Shown: positions 1-9,252 of the stretch, piece by piece
How the letters are laid out: each line of letters begins with the position of its first letter
Numbering within the stretch: position 1 is the stretch's first letter
Program-made: the position numbers and the translations under genes
Notes under the pieces: generated by a model
Told to the model about the DNA's origin: nothing
What the model saw: only the letters and a program-made list of their open reading frames with translations
Databases searched by the model: none
NCBI GenBank assembly: GCA_002688015.1
Contig: NZBT01000011.1
Span: 1 to 59,921 of the forward strand
Origin: Candidatus Pacearchaeota archaeon
Lineage (GTDB): Archaea; Nanobdellota; Nanobdellia; Pacearchaeales; GW2011-AR1
Direction: 5' to 3'
Length of the DNA: 59,921 nucleotides

Positions 1-104
1 AATTTAGCAGAATTGTTATAAATCTTAAACCTTAATCCAGGAACTTACTCGTTCCTAAAATCAAAACTCCCGTTAACTTAACAATGCACCAGTGTTAAGA
101 AGTA

Positions 105-1097
105 TTACTTATAATAAACTATCAAATAAGGTTTATTCTCCGTAGCCTCACGAGAATTGAAAGTAAGAAAATCTTGATCAGGAACGAACATTCCTCCAAT
201 ATCAAGAGTCAGCTCATCAGTAGGATCAAGATTAACACTCTGAACAACATTATCAGGATCTGAAAATCTTAAAGTTATTCTATCATCAGCAACCCTTTCT
301 AATGCTACATTAACTTGATCCATCACATCTACACAAGTCTCTTCTCCATCAACAACACTGCTCCAAGTCTTGCTTCTAGGAATCTCTTCTGTTTGTGAAT
401 TATAAACGGCTTGAACAATACCTTCAGCCCAATCAGCTTCGATGTAAGAAACCTCAACATTTTCATTAGGAGCCCCTATCACATTTTCTATATAAAAACA
501 AGCCTCTGACTTAGTAATTTCACCAACATTCTGAATCGCAGAAAGCTCAAACATAATTTGAATCTCACTCTGCCTAATTCCTACATGATCTTCACTAACT
601 CCAATATCTTGCAAGGCTTCCAATTTTATAGAACATCCCAAAACAGGATCGCATCCAATAAGCCTCATCACACCTGTCTGTCCAATAATCACTTTTCCGT
701 TCTCATCCGTAAAAATAGGAAATACTTCAACTTTCACAGGATCTCCTGTCAAACCTATCAAATCTAATGTAGAAATTAAAAGGCTCTTCTGTTGAAGAGC
801 AGTCATAGCTGAATCATCAACATCACGACTTTCAATATTTCCATCTGCATCATAAATTAAAACCCTGAGTCCAGAAACATCTTCTCCAGAAAGATGCTTC
901 ACATTAATCGTAAGAGTTTCCTCACTAAGTCCTGCAGATTCAACAGAAAGCCTCGTTGTCAAATCTTTTGTATTAAAACTGCCTCTTGCCCCAAACAAGA
1001 AACCACTAATAAAACCCCAGATAATAAAAATTGCTACAATAGATATCAATATGATAAGAACAGTCGTAATTACTGCACTCACTCCCTTTTTATTCAT
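105..1097 (-). CDS. Archaeal type IV pilin-like protein with C-terminal DNRLRE/CBM96-like domain
   Basis: Class III signal peptide KKG|VSAVITTVLII followed by a hydrophobic helix; the C-terminus FNSREATENKPYLIV resembles DNRLRE-type domain ends. Confidence 0.7.
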   Translation of the reverse strand: MNKKGVSAVITTVLIILISIVAIFIIWGFISGFLFGARGSFNTKDLTTRLSVESAGLSEETLTINVKHLSGEDVSGLRVLIYDADGNIESRDVDDSAMTALQQKSLLISTLDLIGLTGDPVKVEVFPIFTDENGKVIIGQTGVMRLIGCDPVLGCSIKLEALQDIGVSEDHVGIRQSEIQIMFELSAIQNVGEITKSEACFYIENVIGAPNENVEVSYIEADWAEGIVQAVYNSQTEEIPRSKTWSSVVDGEETCVDVMDQVNVALERVADDRITLRFSDPDNVVQSVNLDPTDELTLDIGGMFVPDQDFLTFNSREATENKPYLIVYYK

Positions 1098-1132
1098 TCC
1101 ATAAAAAGAGAAATATAACTTATAAATCTATC

Positions 1133-2125
1133 TCATCTCCAAGTAACTGCTATATCATCCGTTCTTTCTCTCGGCTTAATATCAATCTTATCAACATCTT
1201 CTTTTATTCCAGAATTAAGCATTATCTCTCCAGTATAGGCAATCATCGCTGCATTATCAACTAATAATGGCCTCTCAGGACAAAAGAACTTCGCTCCCCT
1301 TTCTTGGCACATAAGTTTACACATTTCTTGAAGCCTTGCATTACAAGCAACTCCTCCTCCGAGAACAAGTTCAGTCTTTCCAGTATGAGCCAAAGCGCGC
1401 TCGGCCGCTTCAACAAGCATTGCAAAAGCTGTCTCCTGTAATGAAAAACATAATTTAGGAATCTCGAATTCTTTATCTTTAGCAGAATTGTAAAGCTGCT
1501 GAATCTTTGTCTGCATTCCAGAGAAAGAGACATCCATTCCCTTTATAGAATAAGAAAGTTCAATATAATCTTCCTCTGAAGCTTTCAAAGCTTCTTTCTC
1601 TATCTTCGGACCCCCAGGAAATCCCATTCCAAATGTTCTTCCTACCTTATCAATAAAGTTCCCAATTCCCGTATCTAAGGTCTCTCCGAAAACACGATAT
1701 TTCCCAGCCGCGTAAGCAATTATTTGTGTATTCGCTCCGCTAGCATAAAGTAAAACAGGATCTGTAGCCCCAACACTTCTCCCTATCTCCAAATGAGCAA
1801 TACAATGATTAACTCCCACAATTGGAACTCCAAGTTCCTTTGCCTTAGACTTAGCAAACTTCATACCTGAAAGCAAACAAGGAGCAAGCCCAGGAGCATT
1901 TGACAAAGCAATTGCAGTAATTTCACTTTCTTTTACATCGGCTTCTTTTAATGCGCTCTTCCAAATTTCCTCAGCCACAGAATCATGATGCTTCGCACTC
2001 TCCATAGGAATAATTCCCCCTTCCTCTGTTGTATACATATCTCTGACATTACTCAAAATTTTTCCCTTATCAACAACTCCAACTCCAAATGTATGTGCTG
2101 TACATTCAATTCCTACAATTACCAT
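1133..2125 (-). CDS. kae1: tRNA N6-adenosine threonylcarbamoyltransferase Kae1
   Basis: GIECTAHT, VNHCIAH, LYASGANTQ, GETLD, GGGVACN and DNAAMIA motifs. Confidence 0.97.
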   Translation of the reverse strand: MVIVGIECTAHTFGVGVVDKGKILSNVRDMYTTEEGGIIPMESAKHHDSVAEEIWKSALKEADVKESEITAIALSNAPGLAPCLLSGMKFAKSKAKELGVPIVGVNHCIAHLEIGRSVGATDPVLLYASGANTQIIAYAAGKYRVFGETLDTGIGNFIDKVGRTFGMGFPGGPKIEKEALKASEEDYIELSYSIKGMDVSFSGMQTKIQQLYNSAKDKEFEIPKLCFSLQETAFAMLVEAAERALAHTGKTELVLGGGVACNARLQEMCKLMCQERGAKFFCPERPLLVDNAAMIAYTGEIMLNSGIKEDVDKIDIKPRERTDDIAVTWR

Positions 2126-2155
2126 AAGAAAGAAAGAAAAACTCTCCTTAAAAAC

Positions 2156-2497
2156 TTAATTAAAAAGTTCCCCTCTCTTTTCCTCAGACAAAGACTGGTA
2201 TATATTTTGTATAACCAGAGCATATTGATAACAATCAGACAACGGCAATCTATCTCCTGTCTCCTCAGAAAAATTTTGTATCCTAATTAAAAATCCTGGA
2301 AAATCCCTCCTTCGAAGTTCTCTTAGTTCTTCAAGTATTTCATCATGGCTATATTCAACACCAAATACAACATATGACAGATCCTGTTCATCCCCATTAA
2401 CTTTTTGCAATCTACTATCACCAATCCCTAAATAATGACTAGCAGCCTTTCACAATAATGGAGAATGTATCAATCCTAATAATATCTCTAATATCAT
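2156..2497 (-). pseudogene. Hypothetical protein interrupted by an in-frame TGA
   Basis: ATG at 2497 lies 29 nt after a TTTTTATA box and is in frame with the 2156-2410 ORF; a single TGA occurs at codon 16 (2450-2452). Confidence 0.5.
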
Positions 2498-2568
2498 GTT
2501 TAACACTAAAACCAACAATATAAAAACCTTACCAAAACAAACATATAAAGTAAAAAAATAAAAAACTT

Positions 2569-2588
2569 AAGAAGAGTTATCTCTTCTT
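2569..2588 (-). terminator. Hairpin over the stop codon followed by a T-rich tract
   Basis: AAGAAGAG-ttat-CTCTTCTT 8-bp inverted repeat; T-runs follow on the minus strand. Confidence 0.4.
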
Positions 2589-2720
2589 CTTCTTTGCTGC
2601 GGCTTTCTTCTTTCTTCCGCCACGTGCCATTTTAGCCTCACACACGTTTCCCTTACCATCTACATAGTAAAGATATCCAGATTTTCTTTCAACAACACCC
2701 TTTGCAATAATTTTTCCCAT
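2577..2720 (-). CDS. 47-aa highly basic small protein, not in the ORF track
   Basis: MGKIIAKGVVERKSGYLYYVDGKGNVCEAKMARGGRKKKAAAKKKKR; strong SD AAGGAGGTG just upstream. Confidence 0.85.
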   Translation of the reverse strand: MGKIIAKGVVERKSGYLYYVDGKGNVCEAKMARGGRKKKAAAKKKKR

Positions 2721-2781
2721 GTAACACCTCCTTTTTAACAATCAAAACGATTTCGTTAAAACAAAATAACCTCATATGTAT

Positions 2782-3120
2782 TTAAACCTTTCTTCTCCCG
2801 ACGAGAAATTCAATAATTCCTTCATTCTCAGAATTAATAGGAATCTCAACAAGTTTTCTGAATTTTTTTTCAGGAGAAACTGAAAAAGTAAAACTTCTGA
2901 CTTTTCTAAATTCTAAAACTCTATTCTCCCCATCAAGCCAAACTGCCAAGAAAGGAAAGAAAACAAAATAAGAATGAATTGCCATTCTACTTTCTCTTTC
3001 TAAATCAAACAATAAGTTTTCTGTTTCTCTAGATCTAAACATCAAACCACTAATCTTTCCAAACCCAGAAACAGATCTAACTGGAACTTCAATTTCCTTT
3101 TTATTATAATAAATCTTCAT
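2782..3120 (-). CDS. DUF192 family protein
   Basis: GLMFR, IHSYFVFFP and VEIP motifs. Confidence 0.85.
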   Translation of the reverse strand: MKIYYNKKEIEVPVRSVSGFGKISGLMFRSRETENLLFDLERESRMAIHSYFVFFPFLAVWLDGENRVLEFRKVRSFTFSVSPEKKFRKLVEIPINSENEGIIEFLVGRRKV

Positions 3121-3153
3121 AAATATTATAAGTCAAACAGGTTTAAAAATACA

Positions 3154-3543
3154 ATGAAAAGATCATTAACAAACTTATTAGCAGTTCCTTTCCTTTTAGG
3201 ATCTTTATCTATGACTGGTTGTCTCTCTTCAACAGCCATAAAAGACAATGAAAGATATAAAGTTTCAAGACCAATCTTCCCTCCAATCTGGCCAACGGAT
3301 TATATAACTCATGAAACACTCAGAGGCGGAAAAGTTGTAAGAACAACAGAAATAGATTACACAAGGATTCCAATTCTTTGGGGAACCTACGATAAAATTA
3401 TAGTCTCTATGAGGGTTTATGATGAAAATGGAAAAGAAATTGAAAGACAAAAATGGACAAGAAAAGATGATATAAAACCAAAAGAAAAAGCAAAAAGAGA
3501 TAAAAGATTCAAAAAGATTTTTCTTCCTGTATGGGTAAAATAA
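3154..3543 (+). CDS. Hypothetical lipoprotein
   Basis: Signal peptide with lipobox-like MTGC. Confidence 0.6.
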   Translation: MKRSLTNLLAVPFLLGSLSMTGCLSSTAIKDNERYKVSRPIFPPIWPTDYITHETLRGGKVVRTTEIDYTRIPILWGTYDKIIVSMRVYDENGKEIERQKWTRKDDIKPKEKAKRDKRFKKIFLPVWVK

Positions 3544-3547
3544 TTCT

Positions 3548-3979
3548 CTAACTGAAAAACCTTGGCAATTTCTTCCCATCAGGCTTTTTCAATCCCTTCA
3601 AACTCTCAAACTTCTCATGCATTATATCCACATTCTTATCGCAAACAAAATCATGATGGCGGAATCCTCCTCCAAAAGCCTTAGGAATATGCATAAGTTC
3701 ATGAATTATCACCTTATCTTGTTCTTTTTGATCAAGCTTTTCAAAAGCTTCAAGAAATTCAATTGTGTAAAATGCATCTGTCCCCATACCATGTTGCATC
3801 ACTTTCCCCAAAGCATGACATCTTGCTAATGTATTTCTTGTACTGCTTCCGGTACTTCGAATACATTTTACTTTCCCCTCTTTAATATGTTCCATTCCAA
3901 GAGTCGCAATTATATCTATCATTCTGTCTTGTAAATCCCCCGCATCAAAATATTTCATGATTCTACTCTTTTTTGCCAT
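3548..3979 (-). CDS. Putative zinc metallopeptidase (phage metallopeptidase-like)
   Basis: IIHELMHIP HExxH motif; GGGFRHHD. Confidence 0.8.
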   Translation of the reverse strand: MAKKSRIMKYFDAGDLQDRMIDIIATLGMEHIKEGKVKCIRSTGSSTRNTLARCHALGKVMQHGMGTDAFYTIEFLEAFEKLDQKEQDKVIIHELMHIPKAFGGGFRHHDFVCDKNVDIMHEKFESLKGLKKPDGKKLPRFFS

Positions 3980-3986
3980 TTTTTTG

Positions 3987-5159
3987 TCACTTAGTCATTA
4001 TCTCAAGCCCATCTCTATGTTCAAGCACATGATCCTTTCCAACAGCCTTCTTTGTCCTAACATCAATTGCTTTTACAAATCCATTCCCTATATCTGTATG
4101 TAATCTAAAAGCAAAATCCAATGCTGTGCTACCCTTCTCCATTAAATAACAATCAGGAAGAACATTCCCTTTACTATCTGCTAGCTTATCTCCCGCAGGA
4201 AATATACAAACCATTCCTAAAACATCCAAAACCATTGTATTCAAAACTTTCTGAACTCCAGTATCTCCAAATTTCTTAATTTCTTCCAGCGCCGTTTTCT
4301 GCTTATCTGAAATTTCTCCTTTAATTTCAAAGTTATCAGAGCCAGGAACATAGTCAATAAGGCCTGCCTTATCTGCTTCTCTCAAAGCCAATTCTCCCTC
4401 AGCAAAACATGGAACAATAGGATAATCAAACTCTTTCTTTATCTTCTCCAAATTCTCCTTGCTCTTAGGACGATCCATCTTATTAGCAGCGATCACCATT
4501 GGCTTTGTTTCCTTTCTCAAAGCTTGTGCAAATCCAAAAACATCAGAATCAGTCCATCCTGAAGGATGCTCAACATCCAACTTACTTTTCAATAACACTG
4601 CCTTTACATCTTCCTCACTAACCTTTAGCCCGGAAAATTGCTTTGCAATTGATTCCGCTAACTTTCCTTTTTGCATTTCAACAGTTCTCGCAAAAGTTTT
4701 CCATCCTTTCTTAAAGATTCCAGAATACCATAAATCCAACTCTTTTTCTATAATCTCTATGTCCTTGCCAGGATAATAATCATCAACTGGCTTCCCTTCC
4801 CCATTACTTTCTCCAGACATATCAACAATATGGATAAATGCATCAGCAGCACTCAAATCACTCAAAAATTCATTCCCCAATCCTTTCCCCTCTGATGCTC
4901 CTTCAACTAAACCAGCCACATCAAGTAATTCAAATGGAACAAATCTCCACTTGCCTTTTTCTCCTTTAACATATCCTTCCCTAGGATTACTTATCTTCCC
5001 AAATTCAGGAGCTAAATCCTCAATTTTAACAAAACCAATCCCATGATTCGGTTTTATTGTTGCAAAAGGATAATCAGCAATTAAAACATCCATAAGCGTT
5101 GCTGCTTTGAAGAAAGTACTCTTTCCTGAACTCGGACGTCCTAATATTCCAACTAACAT
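3987..5159 (-). CDS. ychF: Obg-family YchF-like ATPase/GTPase with TGS domain
   Basis: GRPSSGKST, YPFATIKPN, DVAGLVEGA, GLGNEFL, NKMD; C-terminal TGS domain. Confidence 0.93.
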   Translation of the reverse strand: MLVGILGRPSSGKSTFFKAATLMDVLIADYPFATIKPNHGIGFVKIEDLAPEFGKISNPREGYVKGEKGKWRFVPFELLDVAGLVEGASEGKGLGNEFLSDLSAADAFIHIVDMSGESNGEGKPVDDYYPGKDIEIIEKELDLWYSGIFKKGWKTFARTVEMQKGKLAESIAKQFSGLKVSEEDVKAVLLKSKLDVEHPSGWTDSDVFGFAQALRKETKPMVIAANKMDRPKSKENLEKIKKEFDYPIVPCFAEGELALREADKAGLIDYVPGSDNFEIKGEISDKQKTALEEIKKFGDTGVQKVLNTMVLDVLGMVCIFPAGDKLADSKGNVLPDCYLMEKGSTALDFAFRLHTDIGNGFVKAIDVRTKKAVGKDHVLEHRDGLEIMTK

Positions 5160-5209
5160 ATTTAAAGTGAATAAAAAAGCTTTAAATAATCTCCTAAATC
5201 CATATTAAT

Positions 5210-5332
5210 GATCCTGTAGCTCAGCCTGGTTAGAGCGCTGCTCTTATAAGAGCCCTGTTCGATAGAACAGAAACTTTCAAGCTAAAAAGCTAAGAAAGGC
5301 AGAGGTCCTGGGTTCAAATCCCAGCAGGATCA
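5210..5332 (+). tRNA. tRNA-Ile(UAU) with a 48-nt intron at 37/38 (5249-5296)
   Basis: Acceptor stem GATCCTG/CAGGATC, T arm CTGGG-TTCAAAT-CCCAG, anticodon TAT at 5245-5247, BHB central helix CTTA/TAAG. Confidence 0.92.
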
Positions 5333-5339
5333 TCATCAA

Positions 5340-5486
5340 ATGAAAAAACTAAGAAAAGAATGGCCATTAGGATTTATTGGTTTCCTAGCAATATTTGGAT
5401 TTCAAGGATTTCAAACAGGAAACTGGATGGATTTTATTTGGCTTATATGGGCAGTTTGGTTTATCTACTTCATACCTATAAAGTAA
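5340..5486 (+). CDS. 48-aa Trp/Phe-rich membrane peptide, not in the ORF track
   Basis: MKKLRKEWPLGFIGFLAIFGFQGFQTGNWMDFIWLIWAVWFIYFIPIK; two hydrophobic segments. Confidence 0.65.
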   Translation: MKKLRKEWPLGFIGFLAIFGFQGFQTGNWMDFIWLIWAVWFIYFIPIK

Positions 5487-5496
5487 TCTCTCCTTA

Positions 5497-5873
5497 CTAA
5501 AAACTCATCCAGTAATCATCAGCCATCGCTCCATGGACATTATTCCATCTAAGAACTGTTACCTTGTTCTCCAAACCAAAATGATGATAATAAGCTTTCA
5601 TTCCCTTTATCATTTCTTCTTGAGAATCAAATCCATCATCTTTATACTCTTGTTCTGTAACTTCTTTCGCCAAACAATGTCTAACATCTGTAATCTTGGC
5701 AGCAACTATAAAGGGATGTAAAGGACAACACAACATTAATTGTCCTCCTTTCTATAATCTCTAAATCCTGCCCTAATAGAAATCTCCTTCTCTCCAGATA
5801 AAACCTTTGTTCTCATAGAATTATCATTAGCAATCAATAAAGCGTATAAGGGATTCTTCAATTTGTCCGACAT
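5497..5873 (-). pseudogene. ASCH/PUA-like domain protein, frameshifted or split into two ORFs (5736-5873 and 5497-5736)
   Basis: N-part VLSGEKEISIRAGFRDY (ASCH GxKxxxxR); C-part ITDV...EVTEQEYKDDGFDSQEEM; frame change near 5750. Confidence 0.7.
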
Positions 5874-5922
5874 AAAGAGGAAGATTAAAACAGGATTATT
5901 AAATATTTAGATTGTTAAACAA

Positions 5923-6864
5923 TCATTTCTTACAAACAACCAAAGCATATTCATTTTCAGAATCAGGCAAAAGCTTCACATCTGAAAAGTAAAACTTACA
6001 AAACTTCTCAAGCTCCTCAGAAAAATACTTGTAAATCTTTGCAACCATAATATCATCTCCTGCTTTGAATGATATCTTCTTCCCTTCAATTTCAACTTCC
6101 TTATCTACTTTTAATTTATAAACAAGCTCAATTCTTACATGATTGAACTTAACATCGTATTCTACTTCATTTTCTTTGAAACCAAGTTCCTTCATCAGAG
6201 GCAAAGTCCAATCTTTAAAAACAGGATGCTTATAAGTTTCCAAGTTAACAAGCCTTTCTCCCTTTCTAATACCGTTTCCAATAATCAAAATATCACCAGG
6301 AAACATTGAATTACTCAATTTAAACAAATAATCATTAACATCGAAACTTGCTAAAATACTCCCTAACAACAAAACAACATTTCCTTGGTACTCACTATTC
6401 CTAAGTTCGGAAATAACTCCATCAGCATCTTGAAAACAAGCAATCTTAGAAGTATAATCTTTAACACATGGGAAATTCTCTTTCTTAACATTCTCCAAAG
6501 TCAGATTAACAAGCTCTTCACTTACAGAAACAGGGCAAAACTTTATCTGATTTTGACAATCATTTAATAATTCAATGAAAACCTTTGCCTTTTGTCCATC
6601 TCCACATCCAAGATCAATTAAGTTAAAATTGCCCTTTCCTATACTGTCTACAAGAAAATCCTTACTTTCTTTTAACATTTCAATCTCTTTGTTAATAACT
6701 AATTCTTTATATCTATCATGATTTCTCATAGCTAAAAACTTCTCAACAAGTTCCGGGTTCATATAAAGAAATTTTCTACTTCCTATATCCCAAACTCTAT
6801 TTCCATCTTTTAAGGAAGGTCCTTCCTTCACCAAATACTTCAACAGTTCTTCTTTTAATTCCAT
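5923..6864 (-). CDS. SAM-dependent methyltransferase, EgtD/L-histidine N-alpha-methyltransferase-like
   Basis: LIDLGCGDGQKA, PVSVSEELV and LLLGSILASF match Methyltransf_33 patterns. Confidence 0.8.
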   Translation of the reverse strand: MELKEELLKYLVKEGPSLKDGNRVWDIGSRKFLYMNPELVEKFLAMRNHDRYKELVINKEIEMLKESKDFLVDSIGKGNFNLIDLGCGDGQKAKVFIELLNDCQNQIKFCPVSVSEELVNLTLENVKKENFPCVKDYTSKIACFQDADGVISELRNSEYQGNVVLLLGSILASFDVNDYLFKLSNSMFPGDILIIGNGIRKGERLVNLETYKHPVFKDWTLPLMKELGFKENEVEYDVKFNHVRIELVYKLKVDKEVEIEGKKISFKAGDDIMVAKIYKYFSEELEKFCKFYFSDVKLLPDSENEYALVVCKK

Positions 6865-6974
6865 AAATGTATACTTTAAAGCGGCTTTTTAAGACTTTCC
6901 TTAACTCTGTTTCACTAGAGACTCCTAACACTCTCAGTTAAGTTTAAAAGGGATTTTTATCTATTCAAATTAAT

Positions 6975-7047
6975 GCCTGTATAGTGTAGTGGCCAATCAC
7001 ATCGCCCTTTCGCGGCGGGGACCCGGGTTCGACTCCCGGTACGGGCA
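6975..7047 (+). tRNA. tRNA-Glu(UUC)
   Basis: Cloverleaf with acceptor GCCTGTA/TACGGGC, anticodon TTC, T loop TTCGACT. Confidence 0.95.
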
Positions 7048-7049
7048 TT

Positions 7050-7691
7050 CTACTTCATATAAGTTGATTCCCAACTTCTCATAGTATCTTCATTAAATTT
7101 TATACTCAACTTATCTTTCTTCTCCCTTTTAATTCTGCGTCTATACAAAGCTCCGAAAATAAACCCAAAAAACATTCCAGATAAATGAGCTATATTTCCA
7201 GTATTATTTATCGGATTTCCTGTAAAGAATCCGATTGCTCCTAAAATATCTCCTCCAGCCCAAATAATTCCTGCAATAAATATAGGCATTGGAACACCAA
7301 ATGCCCAAACAGGCACTCCAGGACGAACAATAATTAATGCCCCAATTATTCCAAATATTGCTCCACTTGCTCCTAAGGAAGAAAGGTAAAAGTTAACACT
7401 AATCAAATTAGCTAAAATGCCTGTAACAAAGAACACAAGTAAGAACTTCTTGTATCCAATAAGTTTCTCCAGAATACTCCCAAACAACAAAAGAGCAAAC
7501 AGATTATAAACTATATGGGCAACAGATCCATGTAAAAATACGGCTGATAAAAATCTCCATATTTCTCCTTGTAAAGCACTTGAGTTCAAAACAAAGAAAT
7601 CTGTAAATCCAGAAATCAATAGCTGCAATATGAACACAATTATGATTATTCCTGAAAGCTTAAATGCCCAAAACCTAAATTCTTCAGTCAT
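7050..7691 (-). CDS. Rhomboid intramembrane serine protease
   Basis: WR motif, FLHG..HI..N, GASGA catalytic Ser, AHLSG; probable start MTEEF at 7691. Confidence 0.93.
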   Translation of the reverse strand: MTEEFRFWAFKLSGIIIIVFILQLLISGFTDFFVLNSSALQGEIWRFLSAVFLHGSVAHIVYNLFALLLFGSILEKLIGYKKFLLVFFVTGILANLISVNFYLSSLGASGAIFGIIGALIIVRPGVPVWAFGVPMPIFIAGIIWAGGDILGAIGFFTGNPINNTGNIAHLSGMFFGFIFGALYRRRIKREKKDKLSIKFNEDTMRSWESTYMK

Positions 7692-7855
7692 AAAAACAAT
7701 AAAACCAACAGCCTTAAAAACCCTTTTTATTTCTAAAAACCATGACACTAGAACAATCATGGGAGTTTGCCCATCATCTCAAGAAAATCTGTTTTTCCTA
7801 GTCTAGGCCTTGATTCTATAAATCTTTATATACCAAATTTCACTCAATTAAATAT

Positions 7856-7927
7856 GGTGGTTGTCGTATAGCGGTAGTACACATGGTTGTGGTCCATGAA
7901 GGGAGAGTTCAATTCTCTCCTTCCACC
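7856..7927 (+). tRNA. tRNA-His(GUG) with genomically encoded G-1
   Basis: Anticodon arm CATGG-TTGTGGT-CCATG, T arm GAGAG-TTCAATT-CTCTC, C73; two U-U mismatches in the acceptor stem. Confidence 0.88.
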
Positions 7928-7928
7928 C

Positions 7929-7973
7929 TCTTTGTCTGCCGAGGTGAGTACTCGAACAAGAGTAGATCAAAGA
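7929..7973 (+). repeat. 45-nt tRNA-trailer hairpin, copy 1
   Basis: 35/45 identical to 58296-58340, with compensatory changes. Confidence 0.8.
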
Positions 7974-8022
7974 TATGAAGTACTCAAGAAGAGAATGTCG
8001 AAAATGATCAAAAAACACCAAA

Positions 8023-9249
8023 ATGAAATTTGAACCAGAAACAGTAAAAGGATTCCAGGACTTTCTTTCTCCTGAATCAGTAAAAAGAAAACAAGTGAAA
8101 AAGATAATTGAAAATTTCTTTGAACTTTATGGTTTTATCCCTATAGAAACTCCTATTGTAGAATATGATGAACTCATGATGCCTGACTCCATAGACTCCA
8201 ATGAAGATGAAGCTGTCTCTGACCGATTTAGACTACAAGACCGTGCAGGACGTAATCTTGGCCTAAGATACGAATTCACATTTCAATTACAAAGAATATT
8301 CAAACAGAATCCAAATCTCAAATTGCCCTTCAAAAGATATCAAATAGGTCCTGTATTTAGAGATGAACCAATTTCATCAAACAGATTCAGACAATTCGTA
8401 CAATGTGATGCAGATATAATTGGTTCCTCATCTGTTGACTCTGATGTAGAATGCCTCTCTCTAATATCTGATATAACAACTGCTCTTGGAATAGAAGCAG
8501 AAATAGAGATAAACAATCGTAAACTCCTCGCTTCGATAATAGAATCTGTTCAGATACCTAATCCAAGTAAAGTAATAAAGGAAATAGACAAATTTGAAAA
8601 AATAGGAGAAGATGAAGTTAAAGCAAACCTAAGAAAATTTACAACTCCAAATCAAATAGTAACTCTTCTTAAGCTCTTAGAAAAACCTTTCTCATTTTTT
8701 CTTGAAAACGCATTTGACGGAGCTGAAGAACTAAAAAAAACAATAGATCAAGCAAAACTCTATAAGATAAAATTAAAATTCAATCCTTATCTTGCTCGTG
8801 GTCTAGGATACTACACAGGGAACATCTTCGAAGTTAAAGTTCAAGGAAGCAAAAACACAATCGCAGCAGGAGGAAGGTACGATAATTCTGTTGGAAAATT
8901 CCTAAATAGAGAAATCCCAGCAGTAGGAATTTCCTTTGGCTTAGAAAGAATAACTCAATTAGCTAAACTTTCTGTTCCCAAACCTGTAAAGGCCTTAATA
9001 ATATCAATAGATGAACCAGAAGACTCCATCTCCCTTACTAAAAAACTAAGAAAATCAAACATCCCTTGCGTTCTAACATTCGGTCAAGTAAGCAAACAAT
9101 TAGAATATGCAAATAGTCAAGAGATTCCTTACGTAATTTTCATAGGATCTGAAGAAATATCAAGCAAGAAATTCAAACTAAAAGATATGCTTTCCGGAGA
9201 AGAAAAGCTTTTAAACGGAAAACAATTAATATCTAAACTTTCAAAGTAA
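8023..9249 (+). CDS. hisS: Histidine--tRNA ligase
   Basis: LRYEFT, FRDEP, RFRQFVQCDADI, ARGLGYYTG, GGRYD, GISFGLER. Confidence 0.96.
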   Translation: MKFEPETVKGFQDFLSPESVKRKQVKKIIENFFELYGFIPIETPIVEYDELMMPDSIDSNEDEAVSDRFRLQDRAGRNLGLRYEFTFQLQRIFKQNPNLKLPFKRYQIGPVFRDEPISSNRFRQFVQCDADIIGSSSVDSDVECLSLISDITTALGIEAEIEINNRKLLASIIESVQIPNPSKVIKEIDKFEKIGEDEVKANLRKFTTPNQIVTLLKLLEKPFSFFLENAFDGAEELKKTIDQAKLYKIKLKFNPYLARGLGYYTGNIFEVKVQGSKNTIAAGGRYDNSVGKFLNREIPAVGISFGLERITQLAKLSVPKPVKALIISIDEPEDSISLTKKLRKSNIPCVLTFGQVSKQLEYANSQEIPYVIFIGSEEISSKKFKLKDMLSGEEKLLNGKQLISKLSK

Positions 9250-9252
9250 AAA

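Noticed and set aside
2450-2452. TGA recoding (alternative genetic code or selenocysteine)
   Set aside because: TGA terminates several conserved genes at the expected positions, and no SECIS-like element was seen.
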